Source: an uncultured Actinomycetes bacterium (GTDB lineage: Bacteria; Actinomycetota; UBA4738; HRBIN12). From it: DNA of 64,000 nucleotides. This document shows positions 10,874 through 20,552 of this stretch, one piece after another; positions within the stretch are counted from its first letter, which is position 1; each line of letters starts with the position of its first letter. A program made the translations under genes and the position numbers. The notes beneath the pieces are model-generated. The model made no database searches, was not told where the DNA came from, and worked only from the letters and a program-made list of their open reading frames with translations. The stretch is taken from positions 329,402 to 393,401 of the forward strand of contig CAWAAO010000003.1 of NCBI GenBank assembly GCA_963780015.1, in the 5' to 3' direction.

Positions 10874-12148
10874 ATGGCCTTCGTGGACGAATGCACGCTG
10901 TACGTGACCTCCGGACGGGGCGGGGACGGCTCGGTGTCGATGCACTCCGAGCCGTACAAGGCCCGTGGCGGTCCCGACGGGGGCAGCGGCGGCAACGGCG
11001 GGTCGGTGATCCTCGAGGTCACCGCGGGCATCCACGACCTGTCGTCGCTGGCGGACCACCCCCATCAGCGCGCGGCCCCCGGCGCCAACGGGCGCTCGAC
11101 CAGACGCGACGGCGCCAGCGGCAAGGACCTGGTCCTGCCCGTGCCCGACGGCACCGTCGTGTTCGACGACGAGGGATTCGTGGCCGACCTGACCGGCGTG
11201 GGATCGCGTGCGGTCGTGGCCGCGGGCGGACGCGGCGGGCGTGGGAACTCGTTGCTCACCAGCTCGCGCAACCGTGCCCCGCGGTTCGCCGAGCCGGGGG
11301 AGAGCGCCGAGGTGCGCACGATCGCGCTCGAGCTGCGCACCGTGGCCGACGTCGGTCTCGTGGGGCTGCCGAACGCCGGCAAGTCGACCCTGCTGTCGCG
11401 GCTGACCGCCGCGAAGCCGAAGATCGCCGACTACCCCTTCACGACGCTGACCCCCAACCTCGGGGTCGCGGGCATGGACGCGGACCGGTTCGTCGTCGCC
11501 GACGTGCCCGGTCTGATCGAGGGCGCCGCCGAGGGCAAAGGCCTGGGGCATCGGTTCCTGCGGCACGTCGTGCGGTGCCGGGCGCTCGTCCTGGTGGTCG
11601 ACCTCTCCGCGCCCGATCCGGCCGCCGACCTCGGGGTGCTGCGGGCGGAGCTCGCCGCCTACGACGAGACGCTGGCGGCGCGCCCGGCGGTCATCGCCGG
11701 GACCAAGGCGGACCTGGTCGAGGACGCACGCGCCGCGGCCGCCGCGCTCGAGGGCGAGGTCGTCGTGGTCTCGTCGATGACCGGGGACGGCGTCGACGAC
11801 CTGCTCGAGCGGCTCGGGTTGCTCGCCCAGGAGGGCGCGACGATCGAGGCCGAGTACCAGCCGACGGTCGTGTTGCGGCCCGGACGCCCACGGTTCACCG
11901 TCGTGCGCCGCGCCGACGGCGGGTGGGAGGTCAGCGGCCGCTCGGTCGAGCGCTGGATCCAGGAGACCGACCTCGAGGACGATCGCGAGGTCGCGCAGCT
12001 GCAGACGCGCCTGAAGAAGGAGGGCGTCGATCGCAAGCTCGCCGCACTCGGCGCCAAGCGGGGGGACGACGTCCACATCAAGGGGAGGGTCTTCGAATAC
12101 GTGCCCGACGTGGACCCCGCCGCGCCGTCGGAGCCCGTGGATGCCTGA
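10874..12148 (+). CDS. obgE: GTPase Obg/CgtA
   Basis: FVDE, Gly-rich Obg domain, GLPNAGKST, YPFTTL, DVPG and a C-terminal extension. Confidence 0.97.
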   Translation: MAFVDECTLYVTSGRGGDGSVSMHSEPYKARGGPDGGSGGNGGSVILEVTAGIHDLSSLADHPHQRAAPGANGRSTRRDGASGKDLVLPVPDGTVVFDDEGFVADLTGVGSRAVVAAGGRGGRGNSLLTSSRNRAPRFAEPGESAEVRTIALELRTVADVGLVGLPNAGKSTLLSRLTAAKPKIADYPFTTLTPNLGVAGMDADRFVVADVPGLIEGAAEGKGLGHRFLRHVVRCRALVLVVDLSAPDPAADLGVLRAELAAYDETLAARPAVIAGTKADLVEDARAAAAALEGEVVVVSSMTGDGVDDLLERLGLLAQEGATIEAEYQPTVVLRPGRPRFTVVRRADGGWEVSGRSVERWIQETDLEDDREVAQLQTRLKKEGVDRKLAALGAKRGDDVHIKGRVFEYVPDVDPAAPSEPVDA

Positions 12149-13023
12149 CCGCGATCGCCTCCTGGCCGAGGAGGCCGCCGGCGCCGTGGCGCTGGCCGGC
12201 GTGCTCGCGCAGATCCCCGAGGAGCGCTGGGCCGAACCGACCGTGACGCCCGACGGTTGGACGCCGATCGTGGTCGCCGGCCACGTGGCGGCCTGGCTCG
12301 ACGAGTGCACGCGCGTGCTGAGCGCGATGGCCGAAGGCACGTGGGACGCCGCCGCCGAGCCCGAGGAGACCCCGGCCTCCGTGGCGGCCATGAACGCCGA
12401 CCAGGCCGAGCGGGCGGCCGCGCTGACCAGGGCGGGGGCCGAGGAGGCCATCGCGGCCGCCCGCACGCGGGCTCGGGCCGCCTGGGAGGCGCTGCCCGAG
12501 ATCACGTCCGAGGCCTGGAGTTGGTTCGAGGAATCCGGTCCCAACCACTACGCGAAGCACGTGCACGACCTGACGGCCTGGCTCGCAGGCACCGCCTCGG
12601 ACCCCGAGGTCGGCGCGTTGCTGCAGGCCGACGCCGAGGCCTGGGTTCCGTTCGCGCAGCTGCTCGAGTCGATCGATCCCGCGGTCCGCGACGCCGAGGA
12701 GTGGTCCACGGTCGATGTGAGCCACCACCTCGCCGGGTGGATGCGGCAGGCCGCCGAGGTGGTCGGGCGCAACGAGGGCTGGGGTCCGCTCGTCCTGGAC
12801 GAGGTGAACGCGGGCTTCCTGGCCGAGTCGCGCGAGCTGTCCTTCGGCCAGGCGAGACTCGCATTGGAAGAAGCCCGGTCCGCGGCTGCGCGCGGCTCTC
12901 ACCGGCCTGTCCGAGCCCGCCGAGGGCGCGAAGCGTGCGTTCCACGACTCGACCGTCGATCACTACGAGGAGCACCTGCCGATGCTTCGGCGCCTCACCG
13001 GTTCCGACGGATCCGTGGCCTAG
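12141..13023 (+). CDS. tandem DinB/DfsB-like four-helix-bundle protein (frameshift near 12890)
   Basis: two repeats of W(T/S)...H(V/L)A.W ... HY..H (GPNHYAKH, TVDHYEEH). Confidence 0.7.
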
Positions 13024-13034
13024 ACTCGCCAGCG

Positions 13035-13613
13035 ATGGGAACGCGCCTGGGCGTGATGGGCGGCACCTTCGATCCCATCCACGTCGGCCATCTCGTGACG
13101 GCCGAAGAAGCGTTGCACCAGTTCACATTGGACGAGGTCGTGTTCGTACCCACGGGCCGGCCCTGGATGAAGGAGCACGAGGTCGTCGCCTCGCCCGAGG
13201 ACCGCTACCGCATGACCGAGATCGGGATCGCGCCGGAGCCGCGGTTCCGGGTATCGAGGATCGAAGTCGATCGCGGCGGCCCGACCTACACCGTCGACAC
13301 GCTGCGCGCGATGCACGCAGCCGACCCCGGCGTCGACCTGTCCTTCATCACCGGCGCCGACGCGATGCTCGAGATCATGGATTGGAAGGATTCCGCCACC
13401 TTGTTCGACCTCGCACATTTCATCGCGGCAACGCGGCCCGGCTACGACGTCGAGCCGTTCGCGGCCCATCCCGACGTGTCGGTGATGCAGATCCCGGCGC
13501 TCGCCATCAGCTCGACCGACGTCCGCGCGCGGGTGCGCGAGGATCGCCCGATCCGCTTCCTCGTGCCGGCGGGCGTCGAGACCTACATCCGCGACGGGGG
13601 GCTGTATCGATGA
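13035..13613 (+). CDS. nadD: nicotinate-nucleotide adenylyltransferase
   Basis: GGTFDPIHVGH, TYTVDTL, FITGAD and ISST motifs. Confidence 0.96.
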   Translation: MGTRLGVMGGTFDPIHVGHLVTAEEALHQFTLDEVVFVPTGRPWMKEHEVVASPEDRYRMTEIGIAPEPRFRVSRIEVDRGGPTYTVDTLRAMHAADPGVDLSFITGADAMLEIMDWKDSATLFDLAHFIAATRPGYDVEPFAAHPDVSVMQIPALAISSTDVRARVREDRPIRFLVPAGVETYIRDGGLYR

Positions 13614-14704
13614 GCGATCCGAACGGCGTCGGACCGTCGCGCACGTCGCGCTCCAACCAGGTCCAGCGGCGATGGCGCACGCAGGGCATCATCGTGGGCG
13701 TCGTCGTTGCGGCCATCCTGCTGGCGATCGTGGTCACGCGCAGCGGCGACGACGGCGAACAGCCGTCGCCGACCCCGAGCGTCTCCGGCAGCCCGACGGT
13801 CGCGACCGAACGAGCGGACCTGCTCGCACTGTCGGTCACCGGCGCGCCGAACGCGCTGCTGGCGACGGTCGGATCCGTCGGGGGGCTCCCGACGGCCGCG
13901 CTCGTGCTGCCGCCCGAGATGACCGTCACCATGCCGGGGGCCGGCGAGGTGACGACGGAGGCGCTCCAGGATCTGCCCGGTGACTCGATGCGCGTCGGCG
14001 TGTCGAACGTGGACGGCGCCTGGAACGCGCACTACGCCGTGATCGAGCTCGACCGATTCGGCGCGATCGTGGACCGGCTGGGCGGACTGTCGGTGGATCT
14101 CGAGGACGCGTACACCGTCGGCGCCACGTTGGTCGGACCCGGGCCGACGCAGCTTTCCGGCCAACAGACCGTCGCGCTTCTCAGCGAGAACGCGGACGAC
14201 ACCGGCGCGAGGTGGGCGAGCGTGTTGTCGTCCTTCCTGGCCGCCAAGCCGACGCTGTCGCCGACCGACCTGGCGGACACCGACGACCCGCAGACGGCCG
14301 CCCAGGTCCTGGGCGCGGGCGGGGCACACGTCGAGATGGCGCCCACGCAGGTGGTGGGGGGGTCGCTCCTGATCCCCGCGCAGCCGAGCTTCGACGATCT
14401 CATGACCCAGATCTTCGGTACGCCGGTGCCCCTGCGGGTGGACGTGCTCAACGGCAACGGGGAGCCCGGGGTGGGCGAGGCGGTCGGCGCGCAGCTGATC
14501 CCGGCCGGGTTCCGCGTCGTGCTGTCCGAGAACGCCGACACGTTCGATCACCAGACGACCGACATCGTCGCCGACGGCCCCGAGAACGAGCAGGCCGCCC
14601 AGACGGCCAAGGATGCCCTCGGGGTCGGGAAGGTGATCGTGTCTTCGATAGCATCGGGGCTTGCCGACGTCACCGTGACCGTCGGCAGCGACTATCACCC
14701 ATGA
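13610..14704 (+). CDS. LCP-family envelope protein with LytR C-terminal domain
   Basis: N-terminal TM, FGAIVDRLGGLSVD, C-terminal VDVLNGNGEPG...DVTVTVGSDY. Confidence 0.8.
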   Translation: MSDPNGVGPSRTSRSNQVQRRWRTQGIIVGVVVAAILLAIVVTRSGDDGEQPSPTPSVSGSPTVATERADLLALSVTGAPNALLATVGSVGGLPTAALVLPPEMTVTMPGAGEVTTEALQDLPGDSMRVGVSNVDGAWNAHYAVIELDRFGAIVDRLGGLSVDLEDAYTVGATLVGPGPTQLSGQQTVALLSENADDTGARWASVLSSFLAAKPTLSPTDLADTDDPQTAAQVLGAGGAHVEMAPTQVVGGSLLIPAQPSFDDLMTQIFGTPVPLRVDVLNGNGEPGVGEAVGAQLIPAGFRVVLSENADTFDHQTTDIVADGPENEQAAQTAKDALGVGKVIVSSIASGLADVTVTVGSDYHP

Positions 14705-15081
14705 GCGACATGACGATCTCGCAGGCCATCGCGACGGCCGCCGCCGAGGCCGCCCGCGACAAGCAGGCGGCCGATGTCGTCGTGCTCGATGTCGCCGCCC
14801 TGCTGACCATCACGGACTACTTCGTGATCTGCTCGGTCGCATCGGGCCCGCAACTCAAGGCGGTGACCGAGGCGGTTGAGGAGCGGGTCCGCACCGGGCT
14901 CGATCGTCGGCCCGTCCGTCGCGAGGGCGATGCCGACGGCGGCTGGCTCCTGTTGGACTACATCGACGTCGTCGTGCACGTGTTCGGCGAGGAGGAGCGC
15001 GAGTACTACGACCTCGAACGGTTGTGGAGCGACGCCCCGCGCCCGGCGTGGGCCGCCGCGGGCGCCCGATCCGCCGGCTGA
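14701..15081 (+). CDS. rsfS: ribosome silencing factor RsfS
   Basis: DKQA.DVVVLDV, TDYFVICS, WLLLDYIDVVVHVF and YYDLERLW motifs. Confidence 0.96.
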   Translation: MSDMTISQAIATAAAEAARDKQAADVVVLDVAALLTITDYFVICSVASGPQLKAVTEAVEERVRTGLDRRPVRREGDADGGWLLLDYIDVVVHVFGEEEREYYDLERLWSDAPRPAWAAAGARSAG

Positions 15082-15085
15082 GCGA

Positions 15086-15725
15086 TCACGGCAGGAATCC
15101 GCTCACCGCGTCGGGGTCATACGGCGTCAGGTAGAGCAACGCGATCCGCCCGGCCTCGTCGAACCGGAACACGGCGTGGATCAGCGTCTCGAGGTGACGT
15201 CCGGAATCGTCGTCGAACGTCACGCGTGCCAGGACATCGAGGTTCTCGTCCGCACCGGTGAGCTCCTCCACGAGGATGGAGCCCGGCCGGATGCGCCCGG
15301 CGATCGCGGTGGCGATCTCCACCGCCTTCGCGCTCCCCAGATGCAGACCGCCGTAGGTGCCCTCGCCCGACCAGTGCAGGATGGCGTTCTTGGCGAAGAC
15401 CCGTGGGAAGCCGTCGAGATCGGAGCGCAGGATCGTCACCAACGCGGGGAGCCACTTGCGCGGGATCGCCCGGCCGGCGGGGGCCGTGGTGAGATAGCTG
15501 TCGGTCAGCTGCGCGATCCGCGCGCGCTGACGCACCTTCCCGTACCTTCGGTTCAGGGGGCGCTTCGCTCGTGGCCGCCGCCTCGCGTGCGCGCGCCAAG
15601 GCGATCGTCTCGCGCAGCTCGCGACAGCGCCGACGCGCGACGACAAGCTCCGCCTCGGCCTCGGCGATCCCCTCGACGAGTCGAGCCTGGGTCGCCGTGA
15701 TCGCGGTCGCAAGCGACTGCGTCAC
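15086..15725 (-). CDS. coiled-coil plus SnoaL/NTF2-like domain protein (frameshift near 15540, or two genes)
   Basis: GTG with SD GGGAG; N-terminal heptads; C-terminal half with FAKNAILHW.G...VFRFDEAGRI pattern typical of SnoaL-like folds. Confidence 0.55.
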
Positions 15726-15773
15726 GCGGACTCCCTTCTCATCGGACGCGCACGCATCCGAACGCCGTGCGGG

Positions 15774-16025
15774 CTACTTCCGGCCGTCTTTGACCAACTG
15801 CTCGCCGGCGGCCGCCGTGGTGCCGTTGCCACCGAACTCGGGACGAGCCACCTGCGGCGTCGTCGCCTGGCCGGCCGCGTGCAGCGTCGCCTTGCCGACC
15901 GCGATCAGCTCTTCGAGCTTGCGGCAGTAGTCCTCGGTCCGGGCGAGCTCGGCTTCCGCGTCGGCGACGCCCGCCTCGAGCTCCCGCTTCGTGCTGGCGA
16001 GGCCCTTCATCAACAGTTCACTCAT
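15774..16025 (-). CDS. small coiled-coil protein
   Basis: ATG with SD GGAGG and upstream TACCAT; similar to the N-terminus of the next gene. Confidence 0.65.
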   Translation of the reverse strand: MSELLMKGLASTKRELEAGVADAEAELARTEDYCRKLEELIAVGKATLHAAGQATTPQVARPEFGGNGTTAAAGEQLVKDGRK

Positions 16026-16201
16026 GCGCCACCTCCGGTGACTGTGCCAGCCCAGCGCCGGCTCCGTGTGGGGGATGGTAGGGGCGGCCCGGGGGATGGC
16101 GCATCGGCCGAGCGGCCATGGCCGAATGGCCGTTTGCGAGCCATCGGACCGTGCGTGTGAGGCGAGTTCCACCGCCCACACCCGGTAAACTGCGGCCTCG
16201 A

Positions 16202-16274
16202 GGGCCCATAGCTCAGCTGGTAGAGCGCATGGCTGGCAGCCATGAGGTCAGGGGTTCGATCCCCCTTGGGTCCA
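16202..16274 (+). tRNA. tRNA-Ala(GGC)
   Basis: cloverleaf with GGGCCCA/TGGGTCC acceptor stem containing G3:U70, CATGG/CCATG anticodon stem with GGC, and GTTCGAT T-loop; CCA not encoded; TAAACT upstream. Confidence 0.98.
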
Positions 16275-16280
16275 CTCCAC

Positions 16281-16745
16281 CTAGTACTCGCAGTGGCGAG
16301 GGTCGCTGCCGCATGCTTTGGCGTAGATGTCCACCTTCAGCTTTGGCGACACGTAGTCGCGATAGGGCGACCTCCACTGGAAGCGCCATTCACGGGTGAC
16401 CGAGTTCGGTGCCTTCCACGACGCCTTCGCCCGGCCGTTCGAGTCCAGCTCCCGAGCGGCGAGCCGGCGCCAGTCCTTCCCGGGCGGCTTGGCCCAGAGC
16501 GAGACCCTGCGATGCGCCAGTGACGTTGCCTCCTTCACACCAAAGAAGTTCCAGGTTCCGGTCTTCGCGAAGTAGGGATACCAGACCTCGTCCGCGGTCC
16601 AGCAGTGTTGCTTCCAGTACAAAGAGTTCACGTTCCGTGACGCGCATATGATCGGCAGGCCGACCGATGCTTGAGCGGCCGATAGGTTTGCCAAGGGTGC
16701 GGCGACGCCCGCGACGACCAACGTGACGACGATCCGACGAAGCAT
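16281..16745 (-). CDS. secreted hypothetical protein (Trp/Cys-rich, beta-sandwich-like)
   Basis: SD GGAGG; signal peptide MLRRIVVTLVVAGVAAPLANLSAAQA. Confidence 0.6.
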   Translation of the reverse strand: MLRRIVVTLVVAGVAAPLANLSAAQASVGLPIICASRNVNSLYWKQHCWTADEVWYPYFAKTGTWNFFGVKEATSLAHRRVSLWAKPPGKDWRRLAARELDSNGRAKASWKAPNSVTREWRFQWRSPYRDYVSPKLKVDIYAKACGSDPRHCEY

Positions 16746-16775
16746 CTCGCCTCCCTCGTGATTCACGACCGCGGA

Positions 16776-17792
16776 TTATCGTCTCGAACGAGCTGCCCCG
16801 GCGTCAAGGTTCGTGGTTGATATCGGTCGCGAGTGGTCGCCTACGAAACGTGGTTCGACGTATCGGCGCTCCCACAGGTCCCAGCGCTTGATGATCCGCA
16901 TCCCCACGCGTTCATACAGTGCCGTGGCACCGGTCGGGTTCTCGGCATCGACGGCCAGCATCACGCGGCCGACCCCGCGAGCGGCGAACGTCGCGAACGA
17001 GCGGCGGAGGAGGGCGCCGGCGATCCCGCGCCCACGGTGCGTCGCCAGGACGCCGATCTCGCCGACCCAGCCGTGGTCGCCCGAGACGTTCGCCGTCAGC
17101 GCGCCGACCGTCTGCCCGTCCGTCCCGCGCGATGAGCCAGAGCGTCGGGTCGTAGTTGGGGCCGCTCGCGTAGTCCTCTGCCCAACGATCGAACGGATCG
17201 GGGTGGTAGCCCCAGTCCTCAGCGAAAGCCTCGGCGAGCACGGCGTGCATCGCGGGGAGATCCGTCTCCGGCTCGATCCCGCCGATCTCGATCTGGTCGG
17301 GAACGCGACCCGGGTCGACCGTTCCCTCGAGGTCGATCCCCATGTGCCAGAAGTGACGGACCGGATGAAGCCCTCGAAGTCGGAGCATCGATGCGGCGGC
17401 TCTGTCCCCGGCGTTGATCGCGTGGCGGAATCGAGGATCCGGAAGACCGGCCAACAAGTGGTCCGCGCGTTCTTCGATCCGGTCCAACAGCGGCGGACCG
17501 AGGCCTCGCCCTCGTTGCGCCGGGATGCACGATCCCCCACGATCCGACGACGCTCGGCTCCTGGCGCATGATCTGTCCGTACGCGACGATCGAATCGGCG
17601 CCGATCCACGATGACCCAGGCGTCGGTGGCGAGGTCGAAGTCCGAGCGGTTCCACCCGGTCAGCAGGAAGTCCGCGTCCAGCACGATCTCACCGGCGTCG
17701 TCGAGGTCGTCGGCGATCAACACGGCGGCCACCGCATCGAGGTCGCCCCGGCGTCGGCGCCCGGAACTCGTATCCGTCGGGGACAGGTCCAT
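16776..17792 (-). CDS. tandem-GNAT acetyltransferase (MshD-like architecture; frameshifted)
   Basis: two acetyl-CoA motifs (QRGRGLG, HRGRGIAGALL) and VDAENPTGATALYERVG. Confidence 0.85.
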   Translation of the reverse strand: MDLSPTDTSSGRRRRGDLDAVAAVLIADDLDDAGEIVLDADFLLTGWNRSDFDLATDAWVIVDRRRFDRRVRTDHAPGAERRRIVGDRASRRNEGEASVRRCWTGSKNARTTCWPVFRILDSATRSTPGTEPPHRCSDFEGFIRSVTSGTWGSTSRERSTRVAFPTRSRSAGSSRRRISPRCTPCSPRLSLRTGATTPIRSIVGQRTTRAAPTTTRRSGSSRGTDGQTVGALTANVSGDHGWVGEIGVLATHRGRGIAGALLRRSFATFAARGVGRVMLAVDAENPTGATALYERVGMRIIKRWDLWERRYVEPRFVGDHSRPISTTNLDAGAARSRR

Positions 17793-17848
17793 GCCGGACA
17801 GGCTAGCGCTCGTGGGTCTCATCAGCCGGGCGGGTGTATCGTCGTCGC

Positions 17849-18042
17849 ATGAGTCTCTCGTTCGGACCCCAGGGCAATTCGGAACTGCATGCGGCGGGTG
17901 GCCAGGCGAGCCGCGAGGAAGAGATGGCTCGAGCGCAGCATCATCGTGAGGGCACGAAGCGCTCGAGGAACTCCGGGCTCACGGCACCGTGAAGCAGCCC
18001 TGGTACCGGCGACTGTTCCGTCGTTCGTCGTCGCGCGACTAG
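17849..18042 (+). CDS. small protein of about 65 aa with C-terminal KQPWYRRLF helix (one frameshift)
   Basis: TATCGT 6 nt before ATG 17849; reads MSLSFGPQG...EALEELRAHGTVKQPWYRRLFRRSSSRD* if one indel is allowed. Confidence 0.45.
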
Positions 18043-18089
18043 GACAAGCGCGACCTACACTCCAGGTCCGTTGCCGTGGGGGAGTCTGC

Positions 18090-18872
18090 ATGTGGCCTGA
18101 AGGGAAACGATGCGCCGCCGCCTTCACTTTCGATTTCGACGCCGAGGAAGGGATCCTCGCCGACGATCCCGCGAACGCGCAGCGACCGGGCGTGCTGTCA
18201 CAGGGCACCTACGGCGCGAAGGTCGCCGTCCCCTTGATCCTGGAGTTGCTCGCGGCCAAAGGCGTGACGGCGACGTTCTTCATCCCGGGCCGGGTCGCCG
18301 AGCGGCATCCGGGTCGGGTCGCCGACATCGTCGCGGCCGGGCACGAGATCGCTCACCACGGCTACACGCACACGTCGCCGAGCGAGCTCACCCGCGATGA
18401 GGAAGACACCGAGCTGGCGAAAGGGCTCGAGGTCCTCCGGTCCTTCGGCGCGGAGGTGACCGGCTATCGCTCGCCGGCGTGGGACTTCAGCGCGAACACC
18501 GAGGAGCTCCTCGTCCGCCACGGGTTCGTGTACTCGTCGAACTTCATGGACGACCTCGTGCCGTACCGTCGCGAGGGATCGGGGATCGTCGAGCTGCCGA
18601 TCCAATGGACGCTGGACGACGCCGCGCACTTCTGGTTCGACGCCGCGAGCTGGAACAAGAAGATCTCGACCGCCGAGGAGGTCCGCCAGATCTGGGAGGG
18701 GGAGTTCCGCGGCTATCACCGGCTGGGTGGCGCGTTCATCCTGACGATGCATCCGCAGATCATCGGGCGCCCGTACCGGATGGAGTTGCTCGAGGGGTTC
18801 ATCGACCACGTGCTCGGCCACGACGACGTCTGGGTCGCGACCTGTCGCGAGATCGCGGCGAGGGTGCCGTGA
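18090..18872 (+). CDS. polysaccharide deacetylase family protein (PuuE/PgdA-like CE4)
   Basis: TFDFD, ATFFIPG, HEIAHHGYTH, GYRSP and LTMHPQIIGRP motifs. Confidence 0.9.
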   Translation: MWPEGKRCAAAFTFDFDAEEGILADDPANAQRPGVLSQGTYGAKVAVPLILELLAAKGVTATFFIPGRVAERHPGRVADIVAAGHEIAHHGYTHTSPSELTRDEEDTELAKGLEVLRSFGAEVTGYRSPAWDFSANTEELLVRHGFVYSSNFMDDLVPYRREGSGIVELPIQWTLDDAAHFWFDAASWNKKISTAEEVRQIWEGEFRGYHRLGGAFILTMHPQIIGRPYRMELLEGFIDHVLGHDDVWVATCREIAARVP

Positions 18873-20008
18873 GCACGTTCCCCCATGTCCGGGTCGAGGG
18901 CACCGCGCGGGAGCGCGGGCGGGCCTACGGCGAGCAGGCGCGCGACCGCGTCCGCCGCTCGGTCGAGGCCTACCGCGAGGTGTTCGCCGCCTACGCGAAC
19001 TGGAGCTGGGACACGGTCACGACCGAGGCGCGCGCGTACGAGGCGCCGATCGAGCGCTTCGAGCCGCGCTACCTCGAGGAGATCCGGGGCATCGCCGAAG
19101 GAGCGGGGCTCGACGACGTCGACGTGCTCGCGATCAACGTACGCACCGAGGTCATGTTCGCCGCGAAGGCACGCCAGGTGACGAGCGACGCCCGCCGCGT
19201 GGGGGAGTGCTCGGCGTTCGCCGTCACGCCCGAGCGCAGCGCCGACGGCCACACGTTGATCGGACAGAACTGGGACTGGCTGCTGCACGCCGCGGACACC
19301 TGCGTCGTGCTCGAGGTGCAGCAGGACGAGGGTCCCGACTTCGTGACGGTCGTCGAGGCGGGACTGCTGGCCAAGACCGGGATGAACTCCAGCGGCATCG
19401 GGCTGGTCACGAACGCGCTCGTCAGCGACGCGGATCGCGGCGAGCCGGGCATCCCGTATCACGTCGCCCTGCGCGGGGTGCTGGATGCCGAGACGATCGC
19501 CGACGCCTACGCCGTGTTGCAGCGTGGGCTCCGATCGTCGTCGGCCAACTATCTGGTCGCGCACGCCGATGGGCTCGCCGTCGACATCGAGGGCGCGCCC
19601 GGCGACTTCGATCGGCTGTTCCTGACCTTTCCGGCCGACGGGCTGCTGCTGCACACGAACCATTTCCGATCGGAGCGATTCACCGGCAGCGACGTCGGGC
19701 AGTGGCTGATGCCGGACAGCCCGTTCCGACTCGACCGGTTGCAGGCGCGGACCGCGGGCGAACGATCCCTGTCCCTCGACACGTTCCGGGCGGTCCTGGC
19801 CGATCACGCGGACTATCCGTCGGGCGTGTGCTGCCATCCCGACGAGCGGTCGGCGCGTCTGGATCAAGGCATGACGGTGGCGTCGATCCTGATGGACCTC
19901 CAGACGAAGACGATGTGGCTGGCGGATGGGCATCCGTGCGTCACGCCGTACCGCGAGCTGGAGTACGCGTCGTTCCTCGCCAAACCGTCGCCGGTCGCCG
20001 AGCGCTAG
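18869..20008 (+). CDS. peptidase C45 family Ntn-hydrolase/acyltransferase
   Basis: ERGRAYG, EIRGIAEG, autoproteolytic ECSAF, GQNWDW, GMNSSG and HTNHF motifs. Confidence 0.9.
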   Translation: MSTFPHVRVEGTARERGRAYGEQARDRVRRSVEAYREVFAAYANWSWDTVTTEARAYEAPIERFEPRYLEEIRGIAEGAGLDDVDVLAINVRTEVMFAAKARQVTSDARRVGECSAFAVTPERSADGHTLIGQNWDWLLHAADTCVVLEVQQDEGPDFVTVVEAGLLAKTGMNSSGIGLVTNALVSDADRGEPGIPYHVALRGVLDAETIADAYAVLQRGLRSSSANYLVAHADGLAVDIEGAPGDFDRLFLTFPADGLLLHTNHFRSERFTGSDVGQWLMPDSPFRLDRLQARTAGERSLSLDTFRAVLADHADYPSGVCCHPDERSARLDQGMTVASILMDLQTKTMWLADGHPCVTPYRELEYASFLAKPSPVAER

Positions 20009-20011
20009 GTC

Positions 20012-20492
20012 GTGGATCCCTCGCTCGAAGCGATCGTGCTGTACCTCGATGCCGACGGGATCCGTCATCTCGTCCCGCACGGGCGCGAGACGTTGCGGGC
20101 CGCGTGGGACCCCGACCTCGATCCCGCGGAGGCGATCGTCGATGCGGTCGCGAACATCGGCGTGGCGCCGCTGATGGTGCATTCCACGTCGTGGCGCGTC
20201 GTGCGGGGACAGGTGGTGCTGACCTTCCTGGTCGTGATCGAACCGTCCCGTCGCCCTGCCCGAGATCGCCGAGGTCGAGTTGGTCACACGGACGGAGCTC
20301 GCGCGCGGGCACGCGACCGGCCCACCGCCGGAGGTGCACCTGACGCAGATCGTCGAGCACGGTCTGCGGCATCTGGCCTGGCTCGTTCGGGAGGACGACG
20401 CGATCCACGAGGCCCTGCCGGCGTGGCCGATCGCCCTTGCGGCCTACGCGCCGGAGCCGTTCCGGGCGTTCACACACGACCCGTTGGCATAG
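20012..20492 (+). CDS. hypothetical protein (frameshifted)
   Basis: HSTSWR...VLTFLVV then VEHGLRHLAWL across two frames. Confidence 0.6.
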
Positions 20493-20552
20493 ATCAGCGG
20501 CGGGGAGCCGCTCTGTAGACTGCTCGAAACCCAGCGTGAGAGAGGCCCTGCG

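Noticed and set aside
12141-13613. Apparent DinB-NadD fusion (490-aa ORF)
   Set aside because: One indel near 12890 restores a separate stop at 13023, and nadD has its own TAGACT box and ATG.
15774-16025. Small coiled-coil protein as the anti-sigma RsiG
   Set aside because: It lacks the E-x3-S-x2-R-x3-Q-x3-D c-di-GMP-binding motif.
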